Positions 20,690-31,164 of a DNA stretch of 64,000 bases are shown in pieces. Source of the DNA: Halarcobacter sp. Lineage in GTDB: Bacteria; Campylobacterota; Campylobacteria; Campylobacterales; Arcobacteraceae. The notes below the pieces were generated by a model, which worked only from the letters and a program-made list of their open reading frames with translations, ran no database searches and was not told the DNA's origin. Positions within the stretch are counted from its first letter, which is position 1. The number at the start of each line of letters is the position of its first letter. The DNA lies in the NCBI GenBank assembly GCA_048571215.1, contig CP182352.1:2176001-2240000 (forward strand), written 5' to 3'. The position numbers and the translations under genes were made by a program.

Positions 20690-23600
20690 TTATGCTTTAC
20701 TTACATCAACAGGTTCTTTATTTAAACCTTTTGATACTCTTTGTTCTAATTTTATAAAAAACATCAATAGTGCAGGAGTAACAAAGATTGTAAAGATTGT
20801 TGAAAAGGCTAATCCACCTGTAATAACAGAACCTAAACCTCTATAAAATTCACTTCCAGGTCCTGGAATCAATACAAGTGGTAACATACCAAATACAGAG
20901 GTCATTGATGACATATAAATAGGTCTAACTCTTGTTCTTGTAGCCTCTATAACTGCTTGTTTATGATTCATACCACCTTCTCGAATATAGTTCAAACTTT
21001 GATGTACAATCAAAATTGCATTGTTTACAACAATACCAACTAAAATAATAAACCCAAGCATAGTTAAAATATCTAAAGGTTGTGGGGCTATAAACCAGTT
21101 TGTCATTTGTAAACCTATAAATCCACCTGCTGTTGCTAAAGGCACTGTAAACATGATAACAATTGGATATAAAAAGTTCCCAAATAACGATGCCATAAGT
21201 AAATATACAATTACAAGTGCTAAGATAAAGTTACCCATAAGTAAACCAATAGTCTCACTAAGTTTATCAGCAGTTCCAGAGATGCCAATATTTACATCTT
21301 TTGATATCATACCTTTTGCTTCCATCCCCTTTAACATTCCACCAACTATTTTCATAGCTTCATCTATGGTCATACCTTGTTTTGGAGTAATTTGTAAGGT
21401 AATAGTTCTTTTTCCATTTAGGTGTCTAATTTCACTAATACCAGTTGTATTTTCATAACTTGCTAAAGAACTTATAGGTAATAAATCCTTATTTGGCAAA
21501 GCAATTTGTGTAGCTAAGATATCTTCAGGAGTTTTTATAATATTTTCATCTGCTTTTAAAACTAAATCAATTTTCTTTTTACCCTCTTGCTCATAATCAC
21601 CAATTTTTCTACCACTCATCAAGACATCAATAGTAACCCCTAAATCTCGTGAACTCATATTAAGAGCTTTAAGTGCATCTTGGTTTGGCTTTATTCTAAC
21701 TTCGGGATATAACAACTCTACAGATGGCACAGGTCTAATTTGACTACCTTTTAAAGTTTGCATAGTTGCACCATATAACATCGCACCTGTATTTGCAATC
21801 TCTTCAATCTTTTCACCACTAATATCAACATTTACTGTATTTCCTTCACCAATACCACTTTCAAATACTCCTGATTGTAAGGATACTCCAAATATTGAAG
21901 GCATTGAGTTTACAAGTGGTGCAAACATTGGGATTAAATCCCTCGCTCTATCTTCATGCATAGAGGTACCACCAAAAATATTAAAATCACCAAAAGATAC
22001 AAAAAATGCTCGACTTAAACCAGGTATATTTCCTACATCTTTATTGATATGAGGTTCAATACTTTTCATCAAATATGCACCCATATCGTATCTCTCTTGA
22101 TATGATAATCCAGGAGGTGTTATCAAGATATTAAAAATTAAGTTCTTATTACCTTGAGGTAGATAATCAAGTTTTGGGAAAAGTGCATATATTGTAAATA
22201 CTGAAAAAACTGCCAAAGAGACAATTGTCACTATTTTTGATAAGGTACTTTTTAATGACAATTTAACAATTGACATAATTAAATTAACCATTTTATGACC
22301 AAAATTAGCTATAGGTCCTGCATCTTTAGGTTCTTTTTTAGATACACTTGCAAATTTTTTCCAAAGCATTGGTATAACTGAGATTGAAACAAAAAGAGAA
22401 AATGTAACTGCTGATGTAACAGCAATTGCAATATCTTTAAACAGTTGTCCTGCTTCATCTTGTAAAAATACAATTGGTAAAAAAACTGCAATAGTAGTAA
22501 GTGCTGAGGCAATTAATGCACCCCAAACTTCACTTGTACCAACATATGCAGCTTCTGCTATACTCATTCCCTCTTTTCTATGCCTATCAATATTTTCTAA
22601 AACAACGATGGCGGAGTCAACGAGCATACCAACGGCAAAGGAGATTCCAGCTAATGAAATAGTGTTTAAACTTCTTCCCATAGCACTTAGAATAATAAAT
22701 GTCCCAATAATTGAAATTGGAATAGCAACAGATACTACAGCAGTAGGTGAAATACTTCTTAAAAAAACAATCAAAATAATAACAGCTAAAATACCACCTA
22801 TAAGGATGTTTTTTTGTACTAAATCAACAGAACCAACAATATATGGTCTTTGGTCATACAACCATTGAATCTTTAGTTTTTTCTCTTTTAGTATTCCATC
22901 ATTTAACTCATTTACAACTTTTTCAACATCATTTGTAAGTTTTACAACATTTACATCAGAACTTGGCTGAACTCCAAGAAAGATACCATCTTTTCCCAAG
23001 AACATTGCAACAGTACTAGGTGTTTCATAACCAAAATCAACCTTTGCAATATCTGCAACAGTAACTCTTTGTTCCCTATTTGAAATAAGTACAACATTTT
23101 CAATATCTTTAGGGGTTTTAAACTTACTTACTGTTCTAATTCTATATGCTCGTCTTTCAATATTTTGAATACCTGCAGATACATCAATATTCTCATTTTG
23201 TAAGGTATTTATAACTTGTGCAGTTGTTAAACCATAAGAAGCTAGTTTATTTGTATCAAAAACAATTTGCATCTGTTGTTCACGACCACCGCCACCCATA
23301 GTTCCAGCAACTCCGTCAACCCTTTTGATTACAGGTTTAATCTCATCATCAAAAAATGTTTTGTATTCATCTACATGTCTTGGATTATCTTCTAAAGTTT
23401 GAAGCATCATCCAAATAACAGGACTTGCCGTCGCTGTTTCAATTATAGGTTCTTCAACTCTATCGGGATAAGAACTTACCTCATTTAATTTATTTGAAAC
23501 ATCTTGTAATGCTGCTCTTAAATCAGTACCTAAAGCAAAGGTTAGAGTTATCTCTCCTGCATTATCTTTAGCAGAAGATTCATATTCTACTAGATTATTC

Positions 23601-23821
23601 AAACTCTTTAAGGCATCTTCTTGCTCTTCAATAATCTCTCTTTCAACCTCATAAGGAGTAGCTCCAGGCCAAGTTGTTGTAATCTTAATCTCAGGTTTAG
23701 TTACAGAGGGAGTTAATTGATAAGGTAATTTACTCAATGATAAAAACCCAAACAGTACAACAATAAGTACAGAAACAATTATTGTAACTGGGTTTTTAAT
23801 CGAAAATTTTATAATATCCAT
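20690..23821 (-). CDS. RND (AcrB-family) efflux permease
   Basis: GMLVDSAIVVLENI, RVRPIYM; 1043 aa. Confidence 0.95.
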   Translation of the reverse strand: MDIIKFSIKNPVTIIVSVLIVVLFGFLSLSKLPYQLTPSVTKPEIKITTTWPGATPYEVEREIIEEQEDALKSLNNLVEYESSAKDNAGEITLTFALGTDLRAALQDVSNKLNEVSSYPDRVEEPIIETATASPVIWMMLQTLEDNPRHVDEYKTFFDDEIKPVIKRVDGVAGTMGGGGREQQMQIVFDTNKLASYGLTTAQVINTLQNENIDVSAGIQNIERRAYRIRTVSKFKTPKDIENVVLISNREQRVTVADIAKVDFGYETPSTVAMFLGKDGIFLGVQPSSDVNVVKLTNDVEKVVNELNDGILKEKKLKIQWLYDQRPYIVGSVDLVQKNILIGGILAVIILIVFLRSISPTAVVSVAIPISIIGTFIILSAMGRSLNTISLAGISFAVGMLVDSAIVVLENIDRHRKEGMSIAEAAYVGTSEVWGALIASALTTIAVFLPIVFLQDEAGQLFKDIAIAVTSAVTFSLFVSISVIPMLWKKFASVSKKEPKDAGPIANFGHKMVNLIMSIVKLSLKSTLSKIVTIVSLAVFSVFTIYALFPKLDYLPQGNKNLIFNILITPPGLSYQERYDMGAYLMKSIEPHINKDVGNIPGLSRAFFVSFGDFNIFGGTSMHEDRARDLIPMFAPLVNSMPSIFGVSLQSGVFESGIGEGNTVNVDISGEKIEEIANTGAMLYGATMQTLKGSQIRPVPSVELLYPEVRIKPNQDALKALNMSSRDLGVTIDVLMSGRKIGDYEQEGKKKIDLVLKADENIIKTPEDILATQIALPNKDLLPISSLASYENTTGISEIRHLNGKRTITLQITPKQGMTIDEAMKIVGGMLKGMEAKGMISKDVNIGISGTADKLSETIGLLMGNFILALVIVYLLMASLFGNFLYPIVIMFTVPLATAGGFIGLQMTNWFIAPQPLDILTMLGFIILVGIVVNNAILIVHQSLNYIREGGMNHKQAVIEATRTRVRPIYMSSMTSVFGMLPLVLIPGPGSEFYRGLGSVITGGLAFSTIFTIFVTPALLMFFIKLEQRVSKGLNKEPVDVSKA

Positions 23822-23829
23822 AATCTATC

Positions 23830-24870
23830 CTATTTATTTAAGATTTTCACAGGTGAGTTAGGGAAAACTCTTTCATTTCCTTTACTAACTATATCCATAC
23901 CAACTTTTAAGTTATCACTTGCAACTGCAACCTTATCATCAAGAAAACCTATTATTTTAACTGGTACCATTTGAGCAGTATTTTTGCTATCTATGAAAAA
24001 TACTACAGTTTGTCCAAACCTTTTAATAACTGCATCTCTAGGTAAAATAAGTGCTTGTGTTTTTTCTTCTTTTGATAAACTCACCTTTGCTTGCTGACCT
24101 TCAAAAGCAAAATTATCTTTTGGTAAGTTTGCTTTAAATTTTATAGGGAAAGTTCTTGTTAACTTATCTCCACTTGGAATAATAGCAGTCAATTTTCCCA
24201 TTACGCTATTTTTACCTATTTGTATCTCATAAGTATCATCTAATCTTAAACCAGCATAAATACTATATGGAACATTGAAAGTGATTTCAGCTTTTGTAGT
24301 ATCTACAATAGAAACAACAGCAGTTCCTGCACTAACCCATTCTCCAAGATTTATCTTTTTTTCTGATATAACACCTGAATAAGGAGCTTTTATTCTCTTT
24401 TTTGAAGCTTCAATTTGAAGTTGTGCTAAGGTAGCTTTTAGGGCTTTTACACTACTTTTTGAAGAATCTTTTTTCAACAATGCATCATCATACTCTTTTT
24501 GAGTAATCGATTTTGATTCCAAAAGTTTTTTATATCTAGAATAATCTTTTGAAGAGTTTTCCTCTTGATCTAAGGCTGCTTGTAAATTTGCTTTTGCTGC
24601 ATCAATTTGTGCATTTAATACATCGGCATCAATTTGAACTAAAGTTTTACCTTTTTTAACCCTATCACCCACATCAAAATTTATAGCTTTTACTACACCA
24701 GAATTTTGTGCTGCAAGAACTGAACTTCTATCAAACTTAACTGTTCCAACAAACTCTTGCAAAGGATTAACCTCCCCCTTTACAAGTTTTGTAACCTCAA
24801 CCAATGATGGCTTCCCAGCTGCAAAAACTGCAATTACTGAAAATACAAAAATTAAAATCTTTTTTATCAT
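23830..24870 (-). CDS. RND membrane fusion protein
   Basis: Lipoyl-like GDRVKKG, IKAPYSG, coiled coil. Confidence 0.92.
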   Translation of the reverse strand: MIKKILIFVFSVIAVFAAGKPSLVEVTKLVKGEVNPLQEFVGTVKFDRSSVLAAQNSGVVKAINFDVGDRVKKGKTLVQIDADVLNAQIDAAKANLQAALDQEENSSKDYSRYKKLLESKSITQKEYDDALLKKDSSKSSVKALKATLAQLQIEASKKRIKAPYSGVISEKKINLGEWVSAGTAVVSIVDTTKAEITFNVPYSIYAGLRLDDTYEIQIGKNSVMGKLTAIIPSGDKLTRTFPIKFKANLPKDNFAFEGQQAKVSLSKEEKTQALILPRDAVIKRFGQTVVFFIDSKNTAQMVPVKIIGFLDDKVAVASDNLKVGMDIVSKGNERVFPNSPVKILNK

Positions 24871-24879
24871 CCTCTATCC

Positions 24880-25104
24880 TTATTCTTTTATTAATCTACT
24901 AGTGATTTTTTGCACTGCTGGTGCCACAAAAAAGATAATTGGAAAAGCTATTACAAAAGCTTTCCAATAAGCTTCAAACCATATAGAGATAAAACCATCT
25001 ACTAAACCTAGATTTATAAAGGTGATAACTCCACTCATTAAGCAACTCATAAATAAAGACATAAAAAATGCAAAAACTACCCTAGCATATTTTTTAGGTA
25101 TCAT
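24880..25104 (-). CDS. DUF2798-like small membrane protein
   Basis: FFMSLFMSCLMSG, AFVIAFP. Confidence 0.75.
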   Translation of the reverse strand: MIPKKYARVVFAFFMSLFMSCLMSGVITFINLGLVDGFISIWFEAYWKAFVIAFPIIFFVAPAVQKITSRLIKE

Positions 25105-25703
25105 TTTTTCACCTCTATTAAATCAAAAACAGTATTTAAAAACTGTTCACAAGTTTTATTTGCATCAAAATCAATTTGTGTCATCTTCATCAAAACAATA
25201 CCTTTTTCAAAAACCATAATGGGCTCTACAAATTTTTTGGCAATAGGTAATAACTCATTTTTTTCTATCCCTTCTTCTATTATCAGTTCTAGTTGATCCT
25301 TAAAAAAAGAGTTGCAAGAACTATTAAAAGTACACATTTCATCATTTGTCTCTGCCAAAACAGTAGACAAATACTCCCTATAACCATTAAAATGTTTTTT
25401 ATTTTCTTCTGTATCATTCATAACAAAATCTAAAAAATAAAATAGTTTCTCTTTTGTTGTTTCTACATTTTCTATATTTTTTAAAAACTTTTGATGATGA
25501 TACTCTATATGCATATTTACAATCTCAAATATAATGTCATCTTTATTTTCAAAATACTCATAAATGGTACCTTTCCCAATCCCTGCAGCTTGAGCAACTT
25601 GTGCTACTGTAAGATTTTTCATACCAACTTTATGAATCAAATCAAAGCAAGATATAGCTATCTCTCTTCTCTTTTCATATTTATCTACTACTTTTGGAGC
25701 CAC
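25101..25703 (-). CDS. TetR-family regulator
   Basis: VAQAAGIGKGTIYEYFENK HTH. Confidence 0.92.
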   Translation of the reverse strand: MAPKVVDKYEKRREIAISCFDLIHKVGMKNLTVAQVAQAAGIGKGTIYEYFENKDDIIFEIVNMHIEYHHQKFLKNIENVETTKEKLFYFLDFVMNDTEENKKHFNGYREYLSTVLAETNDEMCTFNSSCNSFFKDQLELIIEEGIEKNELLPIAKKFVEPIMVFEKGIVLMKMTQIDFDANKTCEQFLNTVFDLIEVKK

Positions 25704-25734
25704 TTTTTTCCTTTGAAATTTAAAATATATTTTA

Positions 25735-25830
25735 TGACTGACCGTCGGTCAATAAATTTATTTTGAAATTATATTGAAGGAAACTTAAAACTATTTTAAA
25801 ATTTTTATGTAAGTTGACCACTGGTCAGTT
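25735..25830. promoter_or_regulatory. Two palindromic TetR-type operators
   Basis: TGACCGTCGGTCA and TGACCACTGGTCA upstream of the tetR gene. Confidence 0.7.
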
Positions 25831-25911
25831 AATTTATTTTGCAATAATTTTTTAATCTAAAACTGAAAGTAAAGAGATGTTTTCTTTTTTAAAAGAAAAT
25901 ATCTCTTTTGA

Positions 25912-26538
25912 TTATTTTGTCCAACTATTGGTAATGTTAGAAAAATTTGGAACTACTAAATTTATAGTATCATTTGTTTGATATAAACTATCTAACTGAG
26001 CATATCCTAAATAGTTACCATCACTAGCACATCCATTAGCAGTCATATCAAAATAAGGAAGCTTATTAACATCAACTACTCCTGTCAATCTACAAGCATT
26101 TGTATCATTATAAATATTAACTACCCCACTTAATATATCCATTGTCCAAATATTATTTAGTGAATCTGCTGTTTTATATGTACCATCTAAGCTAGACTTG
26201 TCTATAGTACTATTAATTTCTGTTGGAGTTAATATAAAACCATCACACACTAAGTTATCCTTAGATTGTGTACAAGAGATGTTATTAAAAGTTGCTGATG
26301 TATTTTCACTATTAAATTTTCCTGTGTAGATTATATCTTCATCATTAACATTACTTGTTTTCATAATTGATACACTATCATTTATAAGTACATTTGCAAA
26401 CATATAAGCTCCACTTGCATCTTCAATATAACCAGAATAATCATTTGCTTTTATTTTTTCAGCATCATTACTGTTTCCACATCCATCCAATAAGAAAATT
26501 AATACAATAAATAGAATTGGTATTTTAAAATAATTCAT
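25912..26538 (-). CDS. Hypothetical lipoprotein
   Basis: Lipobox-like LLDGC. Confidence 0.65.
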   Translation of the reverse strand: MNYFKIPILFIVLIFLLDGCGNSNDAEKIKANDYSGYIEDASGAYMFANVLINDSVSIMKTSNVNDEDIIYTGKFNSENTSATFNNISCTQSKDNLVCDGFILTPTEINSTIDKSSLDGTYKTADSLNNIWTMDILSGVVNIYNDTNACRLTGVVDVNKLPYFDMTANGCASDGNYLGYAQLDSLYQTNDTINLVVPNFSNITNSWTK

Positions 26539-26549
26539 TCTATCTTTCC

Positions 26550-27539
26550 TTATTTAACTAAAGCATTTAATCTATAAGCAATATGTGTAGATTTAGCTCT
26601 AGGTGCATTTTCTGTAGCATCTATTGTACTTATAGCTATGTAAGTATTTGCAACTACACCTTCTGATTTTGTATCAGTATTATCAATTGAAGTGGGGAAA
26701 AAATTTAATCCATATAGATTCATACTTGTATTATAACCATAAGCAGCACCATAACCTTCACCTAAATTTGACCATTTTAGCGCCATTCCCGATTCCCAAT
26801 TTACTTCTGTAAATTTAAATGCTGTTTGTGATGTTAATACATCTGCATCAGGAAGATTTACATTTAGACCCATATTTGGTGCTAAAATTGCCTCATCAGC
26901 TTTTTTTGTAGTTTCAAGTGTTTCTACAATTTTAACTACTTTATCAGCTACTAATTTTGCATAACTTAATGCTTCAGCATCATTTTTTGGAGTACTACCA
27001 GCACTTACAGCAATGGCTGGTATATTATTTACAATTGCTTCATGTGTAGCACCAAGTGTACCAGAAACAAATACTGAAAAACCAATATTTCTTCCTTCAT
27101 TAGGACCTGAAATTACTAAATCTGGATTTTTATTCCAAGTTTCATTTGCTTTAAAAATACCATGTGCTGAAGCCATAAGTGGTGAACCGTTTTTATAATC
27201 TTTGAATGTCTTAGTAGCCTTATCTGCTTCACTATCTCCTACACAATAACCATCTGTACCATTTTGATCATCTATAGTTAAAACACCCTGTGCATCTGCA
27301 CTTAACTTATGAACAGGAACAGCTTGTAAATAAGACCCCATATTACCACCTGTTCCACTTTGATGGGCACAAGGAACAGAAACAAGTACATTATGACCTG
27401 CTGTTTCCAATTTTAATTTTAATTGTTGAATATTTTTAGTTTCATAACTATCGTCATTAACTAAAACAATATTTAAAGCAGATGCTTGAGTTGATAATGC
27501 TAGTAGTGTAGCAACTAAACTTACAGATTTTCTTAACAT
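26550..27539 (-). CDS. Secreted SurE-family nucleotidase/acid phosphatase
   Basis: Signal peptide, LVNDD, QSGTG, PDLVISGPNEGRN, SGTLGA. Confidence 0.85.
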   Translation of the reverse strand: MLRKSVSLVATLLALSTQASALNIVLVNDDSYETKNIQQLKLKLETAGHNVLVSVPCAHQSGTGGNMGSYLQAVPVHKLSADAQGVLTIDDQNGTDGYCVGDSEADKATKTFKDYKNGSPLMASAHGIFKANETWNKNPDLVISGPNEGRNIGFSVFVSGTLGATHEAIVNNIPAIAVSAGSTPKNDAEALSYAKLVADKVVKIVETLETTKKADEAILAPNMGLNVNLPDADVLTSQTAFKFTEVNWESGMALKWSNLGEGYGAAYGYNTSMNLYGLNFFPTSIDNTDTKSEGVVANTYIAISTIDATENAPRAKSTHIAYRLNALVK

Positions 27540-27796
27540 ATTTAACCTTTTTCTAAAATATATATCTATATCTACATATAGAGTTATTTATATTCTAATT
27601 GAAAAAAATTACTATATAATTTCAAAATAAACTATGTAAACATACTGTAATATATATTCTTTTTCTAGATTTATGTATGAAAGTGTTATTTATAAATTGG
27701 GTTATTTCAATGAAAAGGAGTTTTTCTAAAGTTATTCTTCTTTTTATTATAGCTTTTTGCTATATTTGTATTATACGAGATTTATCATCTAAAGTG

Positions 27797-28633
27797 TTAT
27801 TTTTCCCTAAAATTACCAACTAAATTTATTAAAGTGTTTGGTTCAAGTTTATCTTTTACTGCCATCAACTTTTCAACAATCTCTATTCTTTTTTCAAGAA
27901 TTTCTAATGATTTTTGTTCTCTATCAAGAGCAGCATTTTTCAATTCAGAGTATCTTCTTTCAGAAATATCTCTAACTTGTTCTAAAATTAAAACTGTCTC
28001 TGCTTCAACTTTTTCATTTGAAACTTTTTTCCCTTTTAACCATTCTTTTACATGACTTATTGCTTCTTGTCCTATTTCACCTATTTCATCTCTAACTGTT
28101 GTTTTATTTTCTGTATCAATTACAGTATTTAATAAATTGTTTACAGCTTTATAAATCTTCTTAGTTATTTGTTCTAATTCATCTGTAGGTTGTTTAGGTA
28201 ACAATTTTGATGTTGAGACTATTTCAATATTCTTTTGGTTATGATAAAGTTGTTCTAGAACTTCATCTAATACATCAATAAATATTGCAAAAGTTTTCAT
28301 AGCTTTTTTAGTATTCATTTTTGCAATAGATAAAAGAAGACCTTTTCTAGTTACAACCCATATTTCTTTTCTATTACCACCATGTGTTCCACTTGATGTC
28401 ACTCCTAGTGACATCAAAATTTTATCTTCTTCTTTAGTTGTTTGAAAAGCATAATTTTCATCAAAAATATCTTGATGCCTAGTAAAGTTTTGAACATAAC
28501 TTGAAGTTCTTCTATCAAAGACTTTTGCAATATCTGATGCTAACATTACATATTTGTCTCTTAATCTAAAAACCTTTATATTTGGAAATACATTAGAATT
28601 TGTAGTTATTACTTTATTTTGATTCACCTTCAT
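27797..28633 (-). CDS. ORF6N/KilA-N-like phage DNA-binding protein
   Basis: N-terminal LRDKYVMLASDIAKVF..YAFQTTKEE resembles ORF6N. Confidence 0.65.
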   Translation of the reverse strand: MKVNQNKVITTNSNVFPNIKVFRLRDKYVMLASDIAKVFDRRTSSYVQNFTRHQDIFDENYAFQTTKEEDKILMSLGVTSSGTHGGNRKEIWVVTRKGLLLSIAKMNTKKAMKTFAIFIDVLDEVLEQLYHNQKNIEIVSTSKLLPKQPTDELEQITKKIYKAVNNLLNTVIDTENKTTVRDEIGEIGQEAISHVKEWLKGKKVSNEKVEAETVLILEQVRDISERRYSELKNAALDREQKSLEILEKRIEIVEKLMAVKDKLEPNTLINLVGNFREK

Positions 28634-28785
28634 CCTTAGAAACTTGATGTTATTAGTAGTGATATCAAGTTTATTATATATTTTATCATTATTTTATTTA
28701 CAATTATATATAATTAAAATCTCTTTTTTTAGAAACTTTAATTTATTGACTTATACTTAAAAGTGGAGATTCATCCTCTGGGGTG

Positions 28786-28923
28786 TTATCCAATTAACTT
28801 ATCTGTATCAAGATGATGGTTTATTTCAAGAGCTGTTGCAATATCTTTATCAAATATTTTTTTATTTCCTAATTCATTTGACAATATATCTTTTAATTTA
28901 TCTATTATTTCGTTATAATTCAT
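28786..28923 (-). pseudogene. Truncated phage CI/S24-type repressor N-terminus
   Basis: MNYNEIIDKLKDILSNELGNKKIFDKDIATALEIN, ends after 45 aa; divergent from small ORF. Confidence 0.55.
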
Positions 28924-28960
28924 TTGCTTATTTTAACTAAAAAAACTAAAAAGGATTGAT

Positions 28961-29164
28961 ATGGCATCAACAGGAGAATTAGAAGGTCTAGTAAATAAAA
29001 AAGATGATTTATCATTTGAAGTATTAAAAAGAAAAGCACTTGCTTTAGGTGTAAAATGTGAGCATTGCACTAATAAGGAGTGTGTAATTCTTGCAATAGA
29101 AGATTTAATAGAATATAAACTAGAAAATTCACGCTCTCAAGGATTTAGTGGACCAAGTATGTGA
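28961..29164 (+). CDS. Small hypothetical protein
   Basis: AAGGA RBS, followed by hairpin GATAAGACC-TAATT-GGTCTTATC. Confidence 0.65.
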   Translation: MASTGELEGLVNKKDDLSFEVLKRKALALGVKCEHCTNKECVILAIEDLIEYKLENSRSQGFSGPSM

Positions 29165-29185
29165 TAAGACCTAATTGGTCTTATC

Positions 29186-29509
29186 TTAATAATTAGTTAT
29201 AAAAACCTCCTTAACACTCTTCCTCTTTTTATGCATATTAGCCCCAAGTGTATAGGGTATCTCTTTTGTAGTTCTTATATTGAAGTCCTTATATAGCTCT
29301 CTTACTAGTTCACAATCATTATAACTCAATAAAAATCTACCTTTTACTTTTGACAACAGTGCTGCTAACTCTTCATGCTCTTTTAGTCCAAATCCACCTG
29401 TATTTTTATAGTAGCTTTCTGTTGATACATATGGAGGATCTACATAAAAGAATGCATCTTCTTTATCGTATAAAGGGATTAAGTTTTGGAAAGACTTATT
29501 TTCAATTAT
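29186..29509 (-). pseudogene. C-terminal half of Dam/D12-class adenine methyltransferase
   Basis: IENKSFQNLIPLYDKEDAFFYVDPPY...GRFLLSYND...EVFITNY; no start codon, N-half missing. Confidence 0.85.
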
Positions 29510-29929
29510 AATAAATATTTTAGATAATTTAAATTGTATGTACTCTCTTGAAGAGCGATGCTCTAGGCTTTCTCACTTTTTAGTTGTAAAAGTAAGACAA
29601 AAAGCAACCAGACGCGTTGTTGAAGCTAAAGTTCCCTCCAAGCTTTCTAATTATTTTCTGACCTGTGGGACTTGATATAAAACGTGACAAACTCACGTTT
29701 TAGCAAGTTTTTAGGCACTCAAAAGAGATAAATAAAAAGCGAGGGAACCTTCGGCGCCGAAACAGAAAAAAACGTTATTTTCATATCTCATCAAAGCTTG
29801 TCAAATCACCTACAAAGCCCTTTATATCGATATTTTATGCTATAATTACATTATTCAAATTTTAGCAAAAAAAGTTATATTTTTGCATAAATGGTATCAC
29901 ATAGGTATCACTAAATTGAAGGAATTATA

Positions 29930-31030
29930 ATGTCAAAGTTTATAAAATCTAAGAAATATGTAGGTGTAAGTTATTGTCTTTTAAAGAACAAAGACAAAAG
30001 TTATTATATCAGTTATAAGCTAAATGGTAAATATAAGAGACTACATATAGGAAAACAAAGTGAAGGTGTTAATGAATCTTTTTGCCATCAAAAAAGAATA
30101 GAAGCTATTAATAATATCAAATTTGGAGATGATAGCCCTATTGTGAATACAAAGAAAAAAGAAAAACTTTTTGATGAAATTGCTGAAATATATTTTGAAT
30201 ATAGTGAAGTTCATAATAAAGATTACAAAAACCAACGTGCTAGATATGAGAAACATATAAAGCCATATACAAGAGATTTAGCAATTGATGAAATCACACC
30301 TGAACTAATAGAAAAGATGATGCAAGATAAAAAGAAAAAACTTGCATTAAAAACAATTAATCATTTAGTTCAAGCAATAGGTACCATTTATAACCATGCA
30401 TTTAATAGAGACGTAATTAAAATTCCTAGTCCTACAAGACTTGTAAAAAAATTTAAAACAAATAATGAAAGACTTAGATATCTATGTTTAGAAGAGATTC
30501 ATGAACTATATGAAGAACTAAAAGACAATGAGCAATTATATTTGTTCACAAGACTAGCTTTAAATACGGGAGCAAGATTAAAAGCTATCACAACTATCAA
30601 AAAGAAAGATTTAGATTTAGAAAACAAGATAGTATCATTGCGTGATTATAAAAATGAATCATATTACAGAGGATTTCTACAAGATGATATAGTTAATATA
30701 TTAAAAAAAAGAGCTTCTAAATTAAGAAGTAATGATTACATTCTAATGTATGATACTAAAGTTATTGGTAACCTTGATGACTATATAAGCAGAAAAATGA
30801 AGCCTGTCTTAGATGGACTTTTTAACAAAGACTTAGACATAAAAGATACTCGAAATAGAGTTGTAATACATACTTTACGCCATACTTTTGCCTCACACCT
30901 TGCAATAAATGGTACTCCCATATTTACAATTCAAAAATTAATGAATCACAAAGATATAAAACAAACTATGAGATATGCAAAACTAAGTCCTGATAGTGGT
31001 AAAGAGTTTATTAATAGGCTATACAAATAA
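29930..31030 (+). CDS. Tyrosine integrase
   Basis: TGAR, HTLRHTFASHL, MNHKDIKQTMRY. Confidence 0.95.
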   Translation: MSKFIKSKKYVGVSYCLLKNKDKSYYISYKLNGKYKRLHIGKQSEGVNESFCHQKRIEAINNIKFGDDSPIVNTKKKEKLFDEIAEIYFEYSEVHNKDYKNQRARYEKHIKPYTRDLAIDEITPELIEKMMQDKKKKLALKTINHLVQAIGTIYNHAFNRDVIKIPSPTRLVKKFKTNNERLRYLCLEEIHELYEELKDNEQLYLFTRLALNTGARLKAITTIKKKDLDLENKIVSLRDYKNESYYRGFLQDDIVNILKKRASKLRSNDYILMYDTKVIGNLDDYISRKMKPVLDGLFNKDLDIKDTRNRVVIHTLRHTFASHLAINGTPIFTIQKLMNHKDIKQTMRYAKLSPDSGKEFINRLYK

Positions 31031-31164
31031 TAAAGAGAATTAGAGCTTTTTAAAATAAACTTGATTTTAAGTAATAAATTCGTATTATATAGATTGTAAA
31101 TCCGTATTTTATATTTAGTAAATTCGTAAAATACTGATATTTATTTCGTAAAAAGGATTATATT

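Noticed and set aside
1232..25766. Short overlapping ORFs (e.g. 1232, 4952, 7370, 11278, 21021, 25491)
   Set aside because: Antisense or alternate-frame shadows of well-supported genes.
29521..29762. tmRNA, tRNA or 6S RNA at the integration site
   Set aside because: No acceptor stem, T-loop or tag peptide recognised; kept only as an unnamed structure.
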